Part shown: piece after piece, positions 38,218 to 48,207 of the stretch
Numbering within the stretch: position 1 is the stretch's first letter
Layout of the letters: each line of letters starts with the position of its first letter
Assembly: GCA_963727505.1 (NCBI GenBank)
Contig: CAVSGP010000006.1
Coordinates: 32,001 to 96,000 of the forward strand
Source: an uncultured Trueperaceae bacterium
GTDB lineage: Bacteria > Deinococcota > Deinococci > Deinococcales > Trueperaceae
Reading direction: 5' to 3'
DNA length: 64,000 nt
The notes under the pieces: model-generated
The model's input: the letters and a program-made list of their open reading frames with translations, nothing else
The model's database searches: none
What the model was told of the DNA's origin: nothing
Made by a program: the position numbers and the translations under genes

Positions 38218-39210
38218 ATGCCGATCCGCGAAGCGGGGACCCCACCCTTCGACATCGTGCGCCTGAGCCATGTGGAGCTCGGCGCGGGCGACCTGGATCG
38301 TTCGCGCGCCTTCTACGTCGACGCCCTCGGGTTCGTGGAGACCGAGCGCACGGAGGACGCGCTCTACCTGCGCGGCCTGGAGGAGCGCAGTCACCACTCG
38401 CTGGTCCTCCGTGGCGGCGCCGAGCCGTTGTGCTACCGGCTCGGCTACCGGTTGCGCTCGGAGGCCGACCTGGACGCCGCCCACGCCTTCTTCGAGGAAC
38501 ATGGCTGGCGCGCGGGGTGGGTGAACGCCTACGGTCAGGGCCGTACGCTCCACGTGCGCGACCCCTTCGGCGTGCCGCTGGCGTTCTACGCCAGCCAGCC
38601 GCAGCAGCCCCGCATGCTGCAGGCCTATGGCGCCTACCACGGGGCCGCCGTGCAGCGCATCGACCACTTCAACCTCTTCGCGGCCGACCTGCAGGCCACC
38701 TACGACTTCTACACCCGGCGCCTGGGTTTCCGCACCACCGAGTACACCGAGACCGAGCCGGAGCCGGGCCGGGAGAGCGAGTTGTGGGCTGCGTGGATGC
38801 ACCGCAAGGGCAACGTCCACGACCTGGCGCTCACCAACGGCCGCGGTCCTCGCCTGCACCACGTGGGGGTGTGGACCCGCGGCGAGATGGACATCCTGCA
38901 CGCCTGCGACGTGCTCGCCTCCACCGGCTGGTTGTCGTCGATGGAGCGGGGCCCGGGCCGCCACGGCATCTCCAACGCCTTCTTCCTCTACCTCCGCGAT
39001 CCCGACGGCCACCGCATCGAGCTCTTCACGGGGGACTACCTCACGGTCGATCCGGACTTCGAGCCCATCCGCTGGACACTCGACGATCCGCGACGGCAAA
39101 CCCTCTGGGGCCAGCCGGCGCCGCCTTCCTGGTTCGAGGAGGGCACGCCCTTCGAGGGGGTGAATGTGGACGAGCCCAAGTTGAAGGCCCGCCCCATCCA
39201 CGCACGGTAG
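38218..39210 (+). CDS. hpaD: 3,4-dihydroxyphenylacetate 2,3-dioxygenase (VOC-fold extradiol)
   Basis: RIDHFN, KGNVHDLA, RLHH, ERGPGRHGISNAFFLYLRDPDGHRIE. Confidence 0.93.
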   Translation: MPIREAGTPPFDIVRLSHVELGAGDLDRSRAFYVDALGFVETERTEDALYLRGLEERSHHSLVLRGGAEPLCYRLGYRLRSEADLDAAHAFFEEHGWRAGWVNAYGQGRTLHVRDPFGVPLAFYASQPQQPRMLQAYGAYHGAAVQRIDHFNLFAADLQATYDFYTRRLGFRTTEYTETEPEPGRESELWAAWMHRKGNVHDLALTNGRGPRLHHVGVWTRGEMDILHACDVLASTGWLSSMERGPGRHGISNAFFLYLRDPDGHRIELFTGDYLTVDPDFEPIRWTLDDPRRQTLWGQPAPPSWFEEGTPFEGVNVDEPKLKARPIHAR

Positions 39211-39314
39211 GAGACGCTGCGGTTCGGCGCACAGGGAGCGGCCCTGCGCGTCCGAGGCTGGCGGTTCGAAGCGTGCCGCGAGGCACACGGGACCTGATTG
39301 ACGAGGTGGTTGGC

Positions 39315-40490
39315 ATGACACGCGCGAGACTTACGATCTTGACCCTCCTGACGGCGGCCCTGGCGGGCCTCGGCGGCGCGGCACTGGCGCAGGACATCGT
39401 GATCGGAGCGGCCATCGCCCAGACGGGCCCCGCCTCCTCGCTCGGTTCGGGCGAGGCCGACGCCCTCAAGCTCTTCGAGAAGCAGGTCAACGACGCCGGC
39501 GGCTTGATGGGCCACAACCTGAAGATCGTCCTGCTCGATACCGCCAGCGATCCCTCCAAGGCTGTGCTGGACGTCCGCAAGCTGATCACCGAGTCGGGCG
39601 CGCTGGCGGTCATCTGCTGCACCACCAGCCCCGAATCGCTGGCGGTCATCGACACGCTGCAGCGCGCCGAGGTACCCAACATCTCCATCGCGGCGTCGGC
39701 ATCCATCGTGCAGCCCGCCTCCGAGCGCCACTGGGTGTTCAAGACGCCGCCGATCGACGCCACCATGGTCACCGCCGAGGTGAAGGACATGGTCGCCCAG
39801 GGCGTGAAGACCCTCGGCTTCATCGGTTTCAACGACGCCTACGGCCAGGGCGGCCTCGCCGCGCTGCAGGCGGCGGCGCCCTCCGACAACGTCGACATCG
39901 TCGCGACCGAGTCGTTCGCGCGCAGCGATACCAACCTGAGTTCGCAGGCGACGAAGCTGGTCGCGGCCCATCCCGACGCCGTGCTCATCTGGGCCATCCC
40001 GCCGGCCGGAAACGTGGCCGAGAAGGCGCTCCAGGACGCCGGCTACCAGGGGCTCATCTACCAGAGTTACGGCATGACCAACGAGACCTTCCTGCGCCTG
40101 GGCGGCGCCAGCCTCAACGGCACCCGCCTGTCGGTGCTGCCGGTGATCGTGCACGACAAGCTGCCCGCCTCGCTGCCGTTCGCATCGGTGGTGCAGGACT
40201 TCGTGAAGACCTACCGGGACGCCTACGGCTCGGTTCCCAGCTCCTTCGCCGGCCACGCCTGGGACGCCGGCCTGATCCTCGAGGCAGCCAGCAAGCAGGT
40301 GTTGGCGTCGACCTCGCCGAACGACGTCAAGGCCTTCCGCAGCGCGCTCCGGGACGCCATCGAGAACCTTCACGACTTCCCCGCGGTCGACGGCACCTTC
40401 AACTTCTCGGCGACCGACCACAGCGGTCTGGACACCTCGTCGGCCATCATGGTCACGGTGCAGGACGGCGCCTACCAGCTCGTTCCTTAG
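39315..40490 (+). CDS. Liv-type ABC transporter substrate-binding protein (probably aromatic acid)
   Basis: Signal peptide, TGPASSLG, DTASDP, DAYG; follows hpaD. Confidence 0.88.
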   Translation: MTRARLTILTLLTAALAGLGGAALAQDIVIGAAIAQTGPASSLGSGEADALKLFEKQVNDAGGLMGHNLKIVLLDTASDPSKAVLDVRKLITESGALAVICCTTSPESLAVIDTLQRAEVPNISIAASASIVQPASERHWVFKTPPIDATMVTAEVKDMVAQGVKTLGFIGFNDAYGQGGLAALQAAAPSDNVDIVATESFARSDTNLSSQATKLVAAHPDAVLIWAIPPAGNVAEKALQDAGYQGLIYQSYGMTNETFLRLGGASLNGTRLSVLPVIVHDKLPASLPFASVVQDFVKTYRDAYGSVPSSFAGHAWDAGLILEAASKQVLASTSPNDVKAFRSALRDAIENLHDFPAVDGTFNFSATDHSGLDTSSAIMVTVQDGAYQLVP

Positions 40491-40545
40491 CACCTGAGCG
40501 TTGCGGCCCGGCCGAGCGGCCCGGGAAGGGGTGGATGCAAACGGC

Positions 40546-41559
40546 ATGACGATGAGCACCGCGCTCTTCCTGTTCGTGACCGGCCTGACCAACGGCGCGA
40601 TCTACGCGCTGCTCGGCCTCGGGCTCGTGCTGATCTACAACGTCACGCGCGTGATCAACATCGCGCAGGGTGAGTTCGTCATGCTCGGCGCGCTCACCGC
40701 GGTGGGGCTCACGACGGGTGAGGCCACGGGCGGCATCACGCTGGCGATCCTGGCGGGTGCTGCCTGGGCCTTGCTGGTGTTGCTGCTACGGAGGCGGTGG
40801 TCGCTCCTGTGGCTGCCGCCCCTGGGCGCGTTCGGCCTGAGCTGGCTGGTGCACGTGGCCGGGCCCTTCCACCTGCCGCCGTTGCTGGCCGTGCTGGTGG
40901 CCACCGTCGCCGTGGCCTTCGTGGGCGCGGCGCTCTACCGCCTCACCATCCAGCCGGCCGCGGCCGCCGGCGAGGTGGTGTTCCTGATCATCACCACCGG
41001 TCTCTACCTCGGCCTGCAGGGGCTCGGGCTGCTGTTCTGGGGGCCCGGCTCGTTCAGCTTCCCCAGCATCCACGGCGGCCAGATCGCCGCGGGCGGGGTC
41101 CGGGTCAGCTACCAGAGCCTGTTCGTGCTGGCCGCGACGCTGGTGGTGCTGGCGCTGCTGTGGCTGTTCTTCGAGCGCACGCTGTTCGGCAAGGCGCTGC
41201 GTGCGGCGGCCATGAACCGCCTGGGTGCGCGCCTGGTGGGCATATCGCCGGAGCGCGCGGGGCTGGTGGCGTTCGCCATCAGCGCGGGCATCTCCGCACT
41301 GGCGGGGGTCCTCATCGCACCCATCACCTATGCCACCTACGACATGGGTCTCGGACTCGGCTTGAAGGGGTTCGTCGGCGCCGTGATCGGCGGGCTGTCG
41401 GGCTACCCGGGCGCCGTGCTGGGCGGGCTGGCGATCGGCGTGCTGGAAGCCTTCGCCGCTTACACCACCTCGGCCTACGGCGAGGCCATCGTGTATGCCC
41501 TGATCATCCCGATCCTGCTCCTGAGGGTGATCGCCGTGCGGCGCGGAGCGGCGACGTGA
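40546..41559 (+). CDS. Liv-type ABC permease (LivH-like)
   Basis: GAIYALLGLG, INIAQGEF, GKALRA, KGFVGAVIGG. Confidence 0.9.
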   Translation: MTMSTALFLFVTGLTNGAIYALLGLGLVLIYNVTRVINIAQGEFVMLGALTAVGLTTGEATGGITLAILAGAAWALLVLLLRRRWSLLWLPPLGAFGLSWLVHVAGPFHLPPLLAVLVATVAVAFVGAALYRLTIQPAAAAGEVVFLIITTGLYLGLQGLGLLFWGPGSFSFPSIHGGQIAAGGVRVSYQSLFVLAATLVVLALLWLFFERTLFGKALRAAAMNRLGARLVGISPERAGLVAFAISAGISALAGVLIAPITYATYDMGLGLGLKGFVGAVIGGLSGYPGAVLGGLAIGVLEAFAAYTTSAYGEAIVYALIIPILLLRVIAVRRGAAT

Positions 41560-43388
41560 GACCTCGGAGCGTGGCCGCCGGGCTGGCGGGCGCGGCGCTG
41601 CTGATCGCGCTGCCCTGGCTGCTGCCGCCCTTCTATTCCAACCTGCTGTGCTTCATCGCCATCTACGGTGGTGTGGCCAGCGGCCTCATCCTGCTGACCG
41701 GCTACGCCGGGCTGGTGAGCCTCGGGCAGGGGGCCTTCTACGGCATCGGTGCCTACGGCGCCGTCGTCCTGGCTGGCAGCTACGGGGTCGACCCCTGGCT
41801 CAGCCTGCTGCTCGGCACGCTGCTCGCTGCGGCGGCGGGTTACCTCGTGGGACTCCCCATCCTGCGGCTATCGGGTCACTATCTTGCGCTGGCGACGCTG
41901 GCCTGGGGCATCATCGCCACCATCCTGTTCACCCAGCTGGCATCGCTCACGGGCGGGCCCAACGGCTTCACGAACGTTCCGGTGCTGCGCCTGTTCGGAC
42001 TCGACTTCATCGATCCGAGCCGCTTCTACTACCTGACACTCGTCTTCGCGGTGTTGGCGGTGGTCGCCCTGGCGTCGCTGATCCGCAGCCGTGCCGGCCG
42101 CGCGGTGCGCGCCATGCGCTCGAGCGAGGTCGCGGCCGCCAGCATCGGCATGGAGGTCGGTCGCCTGAAGCTGCAGGTGTTCGTGCTGGCCGCCGCCCTG
42201 GCCGGCCTCGGCGGCGCGCTTTTCGCCTATTTCATCGCCTACATAAGCCCCAGCGCCTTCGACCTGGGCGCGTCGATCCGGCTGCTGACCATGGCCATGA
42301 TCGGCGGCGCCCATCCGCTCGGTGGGGTGCTGGGCGCAGCCGTGGTGACGCTGCTCGACGACGTGCTGCAGAACGTCATCCCCAACGCCAGCGGGCAGGC
42401 GGGGCTGGTCCAGGTGATCGCCTACGGCGCCATCCTCGTCGGGCTCATGCTGGCGAGCCCGCGCGGGCTCGAGCCCCTGCTGGCACGCTTGTGGCGGGTG
42501 CGCTTCCGCTCCGTGCCGAACGCCGCAGCGGCGCCGTCCGGCCCCGTGCCGCCCGAGCCTGCGCCGCCCGAGCCTGCGCCGCCCGAGCCTGCGTGGTCCG
42601 AGCCTGCGCCGCCCGAGCGACCGCAACCGCGATCCGGCGCCCTCCTGGAGGCGCGTGAGCTCGGCCGCAGCTTCGGCGGCCTCCAGGCCGTCGACGGCCT
42701 GGGCTTCCAGCTGCGCAGCGGCGAGATCCTGGGCCTGATCGGTCCCAACGGCGCCGGCAAGACCACCGCCTTCAACGTCATCAGCGGGTTGCTGCCGCCC
42801 AGCGAGGGGCGGGTGCTGCTCGGAGGTGACGATGTGACCGGCCTGCCGGCGCAGCGCATGGCGCGGCGCGGCCTGACCCGGACCTTCCAGAACACCGCCC
42901 TGTTCGACATGAGCGTGCTCGAGAACGTCATGGCGGGGTGCTATATCCACACCCGCGGCGGCGTATGGGCCGGCGTGCTGGGGCTGGGGCGCGCCGACGA
43001 GGCGCGGGCCGAGCGCGAGGCGCGGGGAGCGCTCGAGCGGGTCGGGCTGACGGAGCTCGACGTCCGTGCGCCGTCGCTACCGGTGGGAAAGCAGCGGTTG
43101 CTGGAGGTGGCACGTTCGTTGGCGATGCGCCCCGCGGTGCTGCTGCTCGACGAGCCCGCCGCGGGACTGCGCTACGCCGAGAAGCGCGAGCTCGCAGGGC
43201 TGCTCGGCGCGCTCCGTGACGAGGGGCTCGCGATCCTCCTGGTCGAGCACGATATGGACCTGGTGATGGGTGTGGCCGACCGCATCGTGGTGATGAACTA
43301 CGGCCAGATGTTGACCGAGGGCCCGCCGGAGCAGGTCCGGCAGGATCCCGACGTCATCGCGGCCTATCTGGGGTTGGACGCGGCATGA
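41556..43388 (+). CDS. Fused Liv-type permease/ATPase (LivM-LivG)
   Basis: GYAGLVSLGQG, LRLSGHYLALATL, then GPNGAGKTT, LLLDEPAAG, VEHDM. Confidence 0.9.
   Translation: MRPRSVAAGLAGAALLIALPWLLPPFYSNLLCFIAIYGGVASGLILLTGYAGLVSLGQGAFYGIGAYGAVVLAGSYGVDPWLSLLLGTLLAAAAGYLVGLPILRLSGHYLALATLAWGIIATILFTQLASLTGGPNGFTNVPVLRLFGLDFIDPSRFYYLTLVFAVLAVVALASLIRSRAGRAVRAMRSSEVAAASIGMEVGRLKLQVFVLAAALAGLGGALFAYFIAYISPSAFDLGASIRLLTMAMIGGAHPLGGVLGAAVVTLLDDVLQNVIPNASGQAGLVQVIAYGAILVGLMLASPRGLEPLLARLWRVRFRSVPNAAAAPSGPVPPEPAPPEPAPPEPAWSEPAPPERPQPRSGALLEARELGRSFGGLQAVDGLGFQLRSGEILGLIGPNGAGKTTAFNVISGLLPPSEGRVLLGGDDVTGLPAQRMARRGLTRTFQNTALFDMSVLENVMAGCYIHTRGGVWAGVLGLGRADEARAEREARGALERVGLTELDVRAPSLPVGKQRLLEVARSLAMRPAVLLLDEPAAGLRYAEKRELAGLLGALRDEGLAILLVEHDMDLVMGVADRIVVMNYGQMLTEGPPEQVRQDPDVIAAYLGLDAA
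42549..42617 (+). repeat. 15-bp tandem repeat encoding a (PPEPA)n linker
   Basis: CCGCCCGAGCCTGCG repeated about 4.5 times. Confidence 0.9.
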
Positions 43389-43455
43389 GCCGGCCGGCGG
43401 GCCCCCGGTGCGTCGGAGCGCGGCGCCCGTTCGCGGGTGCCCGGGGAGGAAGGCC

Positions 43456-44211
43456 GTGAGTGCCGCTTCCCCGCGGAGCGCCGACGCGCTGCTGCGCGTC
43501 GACGGGCTCGAGGTCGCCTACGGCGGCGTGCAGGCGCTCGTCGGCGTGTCGCTGGCGGTGCGCGCCGGGGAGGTCGTGACCGTGATCGGCGCCAACGGCG
43601 CGGGCAAGACCAGCCTGGTGCACGCGGTCACAGGCGTCGTCCCCAAGCGGGGGGGCCGGGTGATGTTCGACGGCGCGGACGTGACCCGCATGCCGCCCGA
43701 GGTGCTGGTGGGACGGGGCCTCACGCTGGTACCCGAGCGACGCGAGCTGTTCGGCGCGCTGTCGGTGCAGGACAACCTGCGACTGGGAGCCTTCCTGCGT
43801 GCGAACCATGCCGCGCTCGTGCGCCGCGACCTGGCCCGCGTGTACGACATCTTCCCCCGTCTGGCCGAGCGGCGCCGGCAGCGTGCGGGCACGCTGTCGG
43901 GGGGTGAGCAGCAGATGCTGGCGCTGGGAAGGGCGATGATGAGCGGTCCTCGGCTGCTGTTGCTCGACGAGCCCAGCCTCGGGCTCGCGCCGCTGATCGT
44001 GCAGGAGATCCTGCGGGTGATCACGGCGCTGCGTGACGAGGGGGTCACGGTGCTGCTGATCGAACAGAACGCGCGCGCCGCGCTCAAGCTCGCGGACTAC
44101 GGCTACCTGCTGGAAGCCGGCGAAGTGGTCACGGGGGCGCCCGCCGATCGTCTGGAGCGTGACGAGCGCGTCCGGGCGGCCTATCTCGGTGCCGGGCCGA
44201 GGATGAGCTGA
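43456..44211 (+). CDS. Liv-type ABC ATPase (LivF-like)
   Basis: GANGAGKTS, LSGGEQQM, DEPSLGLAP, IEQNA. Confidence 0.92.
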   Translation: MSAASPRSADALLRVDGLEVAYGGVQALVGVSLAVRAGEVVTVIGANGAGKTSLVHAVTGVVPKRGGRVMFDGADVTRMPPEVLVGRGLTLVPERRELFGALSVQDNLRLGAFLRANHAALVRRDLARVYDIFPRLAERRRQRAGTLSGGEQQMLALGRAMMSGPRLLLLDEPSLGLAPLIVQEILRVITALRDEGVTVLLIEQNARAALKLADYGYLLEAGEVVTGAPADRLERDERVRAAYLGAGPRMS

Positions 44212-44225
44212 GGCCTGCGGGCCCC

Positions 44226-45065
44226 TTACAGGTTGCGCAACGTCTTCAGGTCCCGCTCGTGGCCCTTGCCGTCGTCGCCCAGCGGCGTCTCCAGGATCAT
44301 CGGCAACGAGGCGAAGCGCGCGTCTTGCGTGATGACGGCGAAGAAGTCGCGGCCGATCTCGCCCTCGAGGATGGAGGCGTGCCGGTCCTTGCGGCTGCCC
44401 AGCGGGTGGACGGCGTCGTTGAGGTGGACCGCGCGCAGGCGCGCCAGACCCACGGCGCGGTCGAGCGCCTCCATCGTCGCGCCGTAACCCTCCTCGTCGC
44501 GAAGGTCGTACCCCGCGGCGAAGGCGTGGCAGGAGTCGAAGCAGATGCCCAGGCGCTCGGGGTCGTCGACGCGGGCGAGGATCGCACCGAGCTCCTCGAA
44601 GTCGGCGCCCAGGGTGCTGCCCTGGCCGGCGGTGTTCTCGAGCAGCACCCGCGCTTCCAGCTCGGGACGGAGGGCGAACACGCGGTCGAGCGCGCGCGCC
44701 ACCCGCTCGACCCCGGCCTCCACCCCCTCGCCCACGTGGGCACCGGGGTGGAGCACCAGGCCGGGAACGCCCAGCCGGTCGCAGCGTTCGAGCTCGTCGC
44801 TGAGCGCGGTCAGGGACTTCTCGCTCAGCTCGTCGTCGGGGCTGGCCAGATTGATCAGGTAGCTGGCGTGCGCCACCACCGGCCAGCCGGTGTCGGCGTG
44901 CTGCTCGCGGAACGACGCTACTTCGTCGTCGGCCAGCACACGGCCGCGCCAGCGGCTGGCGTTCTTCACGAAGATCTGGAGGGCGTCGCAGCCGATGTCG
45001 CGACCCCGCTCGAAGGCGTTGTGCGTTCCCCCGGCGACCGACACGTGTGCTCCCAGGCGGGCCAT
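44226..45065 (-). CDS. nfo: Endonuclease IV
   Basis: LGAHVSVAGG, HASYLINL, LHPG, LENTAGQG, FDSCH, HLND, DRH, ILETP. Confidence 0.95.
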   Translation of the reverse strand: MARLGAHVSVAGGTHNAFERGRDIGCDALQIFVKNASRWRGRVLADDEVASFREQHADTGWPVVAHASYLINLASPDDELSEKSLTALSDELERCDRLGVPGLVLHPGAHVGEGVEAGVERVARALDRVFALRPELEARVLLENTAGQGSTLGADFEELGAILARVDDPERLGICFDSCHAFAAGYDLRDEEGYGATMEALDRAVGLARLRAVHLNDAVHPLGSRKDRHASILEGEIGRDFFAVITQDARFASLPMILETPLGDDGKGHERDLKTLRNL

Positions 45066-45157
45066 GGGCGGCAGTCTACCGCGGACGGGGCGGGCCGTGC
45101 CGGTGCCCCGGGCGACGCCCGGCCGGGCGTCTCGAGGCCGGTGGTAGACTCGCCGCC

Positions 45158-45919
45158 GTGATCCGCGCACAACGGGCTCATCCCGCCCCCGACGAGCTGG
45201 CCGCGTTCCTCGACGAGCACCTACGGACGGGGGACTGCCTCGTGCAGGTGGTGAGCGAATGCGAGGTCCTCTACAGCGGTCGTGCGGCGAGCGTCGCCGA
45301 GGCCGGCGACTACCTCGTGATCGTGAAGCAGGACGGGAGCGTGCAGGTGCACGGCCACCGCAGCGTCAAGCCCGTGAACTGGCAGCCGCAGACCGACGAC
45401 ATCTTCGTGGGTGTCGAGGACGGGGTGGCGGTGATGCGGGCCGAGCGCTTCAACCCCGGCGAGATGGTGCGGATCGCCTTCCTGGCGCCGGCACTGGTGC
45501 AGGCGTTGGAGCTGCGGGAGTCTGGAGGCTTCGTGCTGATGGGGAGCGAGGCCGAGATGCAGCAGGCGCTGGCGCGCCACCCGGAGGTCATCGAGCCGGG
45601 TCTGGAGGTGCTCCACCGCGAGCTGCCGACCGACGTCGGCGGGATCGATCTGTTCGCGCGCGACGCCGACGGCGCCCTGGTGGTCGTCGAGCTCAAGCGC
45701 TCCAAGGCCAATCAGGAGGCGGTGCATCAGCTCAGCCGCTACGTCCAGAGCGTGCGCCGGCTCGGTTCGCAGCGGGTGCGCGGCATCCTGGCGGCGCCGG
45801 CCGTGACGGCGCCCGCGCTCAACCAGCTCGGCAACCTCGGCCTGGAGTACCGGGAGGTCTCGGCGCTGCCGATGGACGACGCGGGTGACGCCCAGCCCTC
45901 GCTGTTCGCGCCCGCCTAG
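45158..45919 (+). CDS. nucS: Mismatch-specific endonuclease NucS/EndoMS
   Basis: YSGRA, KQDGSV.VH, KPVNWQP, GSEAEM, IDL, VELKR, HQLSRY. Confidence 0.9.
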   Translation: MIRAQRAHPAPDELAAFLDEHLRTGDCLVQVVSECEVLYSGRAASVAEAGDYLVIVKQDGSVQVHGHRSVKPVNWQPQTDDIFVGVEDGVAVMRAERFNPGEMVRIAFLAPALVQALELRESGGFVLMGSEAEMQQALARHPEVIEPGLEVLHRELPTDVGGIDLFARDADGALVVVELKRSKANQEAVHQLSRYVQSVRRLGSQRVRGILAAPAVTAPALNQLGNLGLEYREVSALPMDDAGDAQPSLFAPA

Positions 45920-45991
45920 TTCGTTCGCGCCTGCCTAGCGACGTGCGGGCTGCCCTGGCGGGGGCTGTCCAGGAGCCGTAAACTATTCCAT

Positions 45992-46438
45992 ATGAAACAG
46001 GCCAGCGGCTCGACGGACTACATCGACCTGGCGAGGGCGGTGTTGCGGCTGTCACGCCACCTCTACCGCACCTTCGACGAGGCGCTGGGGCCCGCCTACG
46101 GCATCGCGACGAAGGACTACCTGGTCCTGCGCGTCGTGCAGGGCGGCGAGGTGCACCCGGGGGGCGTGGCCACGTATCTGAACATGCCTCCGGCGAGTGT
46201 CAGCCGGGTCCTGGAACGTCTCGAGGCGAAGGGGTATCTTGAGCGCTCGGTGGATCCGGCGGACCATCGCCGCTTCATCCTCGCCGTCACCCCCGAGGGT
46301 GAGAGGACGGCGGACGCCATCCGCGACCTCATCCGCAGGACGCTCGGCAAGACCTACGCCCACGTGCCTGCCGAGGCGCTGCGGGCCGCGGTCGAGCATC
46401 TGTCCACCCTCAACGAGGTCATCGAACAGCGTTCGTAG
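45992..46438 (+). CDS. MarR family regulator
   Basis: VSRVLERLEAKGYLER..DPADHR...TPEG. Confidence 0.9.
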   Translation: MKQASGSTDYIDLARAVLRLSRHLYRTFDEALGPAYGIATKDYLVLRVVQGGEVHPGGVATYLNMPPASVSRVLERLEAKGYLERSVDPADHRRFILAVTPEGERTADAIRDLIRRTLGKTYAHVPAEALRAAVEHLSTLNEVIEQRS

Positions 46439-46521
46439 GCTCGACCGGCTGAGTCCACAGCGCATGCCCGGGCCGATCCGGCCCACGGTGCCCATGTGGC
46501 GCCGCCCTGGAGGAGACCCCT

Positions 46522-48183
46522 TTGGAGACCGAACCGACGCAGCGGCGGCGGGCGGCGCGCCCCCGCGCCGAGGCGCAGTCGAGCAACCGCATCACGGGCC
46601 GCAAGCGCTGGTGGGCGCTGGGCGCCGTGCTGCTCACCATGTTCTTCTCGTCGCTCGACCAGACCGTGGTGTCCACGGCGATCCCCACCATCGTCAGCGA
46701 GTTGCACGGCTTCAACATCTATGCCTGGCTGGTCACGGCCTACATGATGGCTTCGGCGGTGACGGTACCGCTCTACGGCAAGCTCTCGGACATGTACGGG
46801 CGCAAGCCGTTCTTCATCTTCGGGCTGAGCGTCTTCGCCGTCGGCTCGATCCTCTCGGGGCAGTCGCAGACCATGCTCGAGCTCATCCTCTTCCGCGGCG
46901 TCCAGGGGATCGGCGCGGGCGCCATGCTGACCATGCCGCGCGCCACCATCGGCGACATCTTCAACCCGCGTGAGCGCGGCCAGTGGATGGGCGTCATCGG
47001 CGCCGTCTTCGGGCTGGCCAGCGTCATCGGCCCTACCTTGGGCGGCTGGATCACCGACACCATCGGGTGGCGCTGGATCTTCTACATCAACCTGCCGGTG
47101 GCGGCGCTGGCCATCGCTGGCGTCCTGTTCGCCCTGCCGAGCGTGCGTGTCGATGCTCGCGTCAAGCTCGACTGGCGCGGCAGCGTGCTCCTGGTGGTGG
47201 GGCTGGTCCCGATCCTGCTCGGGTTCACATGGGCGGGCGGTCGTCTCGCCTGGACGAGCCCCGAGCTGATGGGCCTGTTCGCTCTGGGGCTGGCGTTCCT
47301 GGTGCTCTTCGCGATCAACGAGGGCCGGGCCGAGAACCCCATCCTGGAGCCCGCACTGTTCCGCAACGGGATCTTCAACACCACGCTCGTCATCGCGCTG
47401 TTCATCACCATGGCGATGTTCGGCGCCCTCATCTTCCTGCCGCTGTTCGTTCAGGGTGCGCTGGAGTACTCGGCGGCCAGCTCCGGCTACATCCTCACGC
47501 CGATGATGCTCAGCCTGGTGGTCGCCTCCATGGTCGGCGGTCAGATCGTCACCCGCACCGGGCGTTACAAGGTGCTGACCGTGGTGGGCGCGCTGCTGCT
47601 GGTCACCGGGCTGGTGCTGTTCACCCAGATGAGTCTCACTACCACCTGGGTGGGCGTGGTGCGCAACATGATCGTGTTCGGGCTCGGGCTGGGCACGATC
47701 TTGCCACAGCTCAACACGGTGGTGCTCAACGTGTTCCCCTACCGGATGATGGGCGCGGTCAGCGCCACCCAGCAGTTCGTGCGCTCGCTCGCCGGCGTCA
47801 TCGCCGCGCCCATCCTGGGTACGGTGCTGGCCCGCTCGGTGGACGCCAGCCTCGCCCGGGACATGCCCGGTCAGCTCAAGCAGGCGATGGCGGCAGGGGG
47901 CGTGCAGCCGGGCAGCCTCGACCCGCAGCAGCTCCTCTCGGCGCAGGCGCAGCAGGCCATCCGCTCGCGCTTCGACGCCTTCGGCGCGGCGGGCGACAAG
48001 CTCTACAAGCAGTTCCTCGACGCCGTGCACCATGCGCTCGCGAGCGGGACGCGGGAGCTCTTCACGATCGCGCTGGTGTTCGGGGTGCTGGCGCTGGTGG
48101 CCACGTTCTTCCTGCGCGAGGTGCGGCTGAAGCGCGACGAGTTCTTCGACGAGCCCGCGGCGGCACCGGAGGGTCCGGCCTGA
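46522..48183 (+). CDS. DHA2 (EmrB/QacA-type) MFS efflux transporter
   Basis: LDQTVVSTAIP, GKLSDMYGRK, GWRWIFYINLP; TTG start after GGAGG. Confidence 0.92.
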   Translation: METEPTQRRRAARPRAEAQSSNRITGRKRWWALGAVLLTMFFSSLDQTVVSTAIPTIVSELHGFNIYAWLVTAYMMASAVTVPLYGKLSDMYGRKPFFIFGLSVFAVGSILSGQSQTMLELILFRGVQGIGAGAMLTMPRATIGDIFNPRERGQWMGVIGAVFGLASVIGPTLGGWITDTIGWRWIFYINLPVAALAIAGVLFALPSVRVDARVKLDWRGSVLLVVGLVPILLGFTWAGGRLAWTSPELMGLFALGLAFLVLFAINEGRAENPILEPALFRNGIFNTTLVIALFITMAMFGALIFLPLFVQGALEYSAASSGYILTPMMLSLVVASMVGGQIVTRTGRYKVLTVVGALLLVTGLVLFTQMSLTTTWVGVVRNMIVFGLGLGTILPQLNTVVLNVFPYRMMGAVSATQQFVRSLAGVIAAPILGTVLARSVDASLARDMPGQLKQAMAAGGVQPGSLDPQQLLSAQAQQAIRSRFDAFGAAGDKLYKQFLDAVHHALASGTRELFTIALVFGVLALVATFFLREVRLKRDEFFDEPAAAPEGPA

Positions 48184-48207
48184 CGACGGCTGCGCTATCC
48201 TTCGGGT

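Noticed and set aside
41556..43388. LivM-LivG fusion as a novelty
   Set aside because: Such fusions are common in Liv-type aromatic-acid importers
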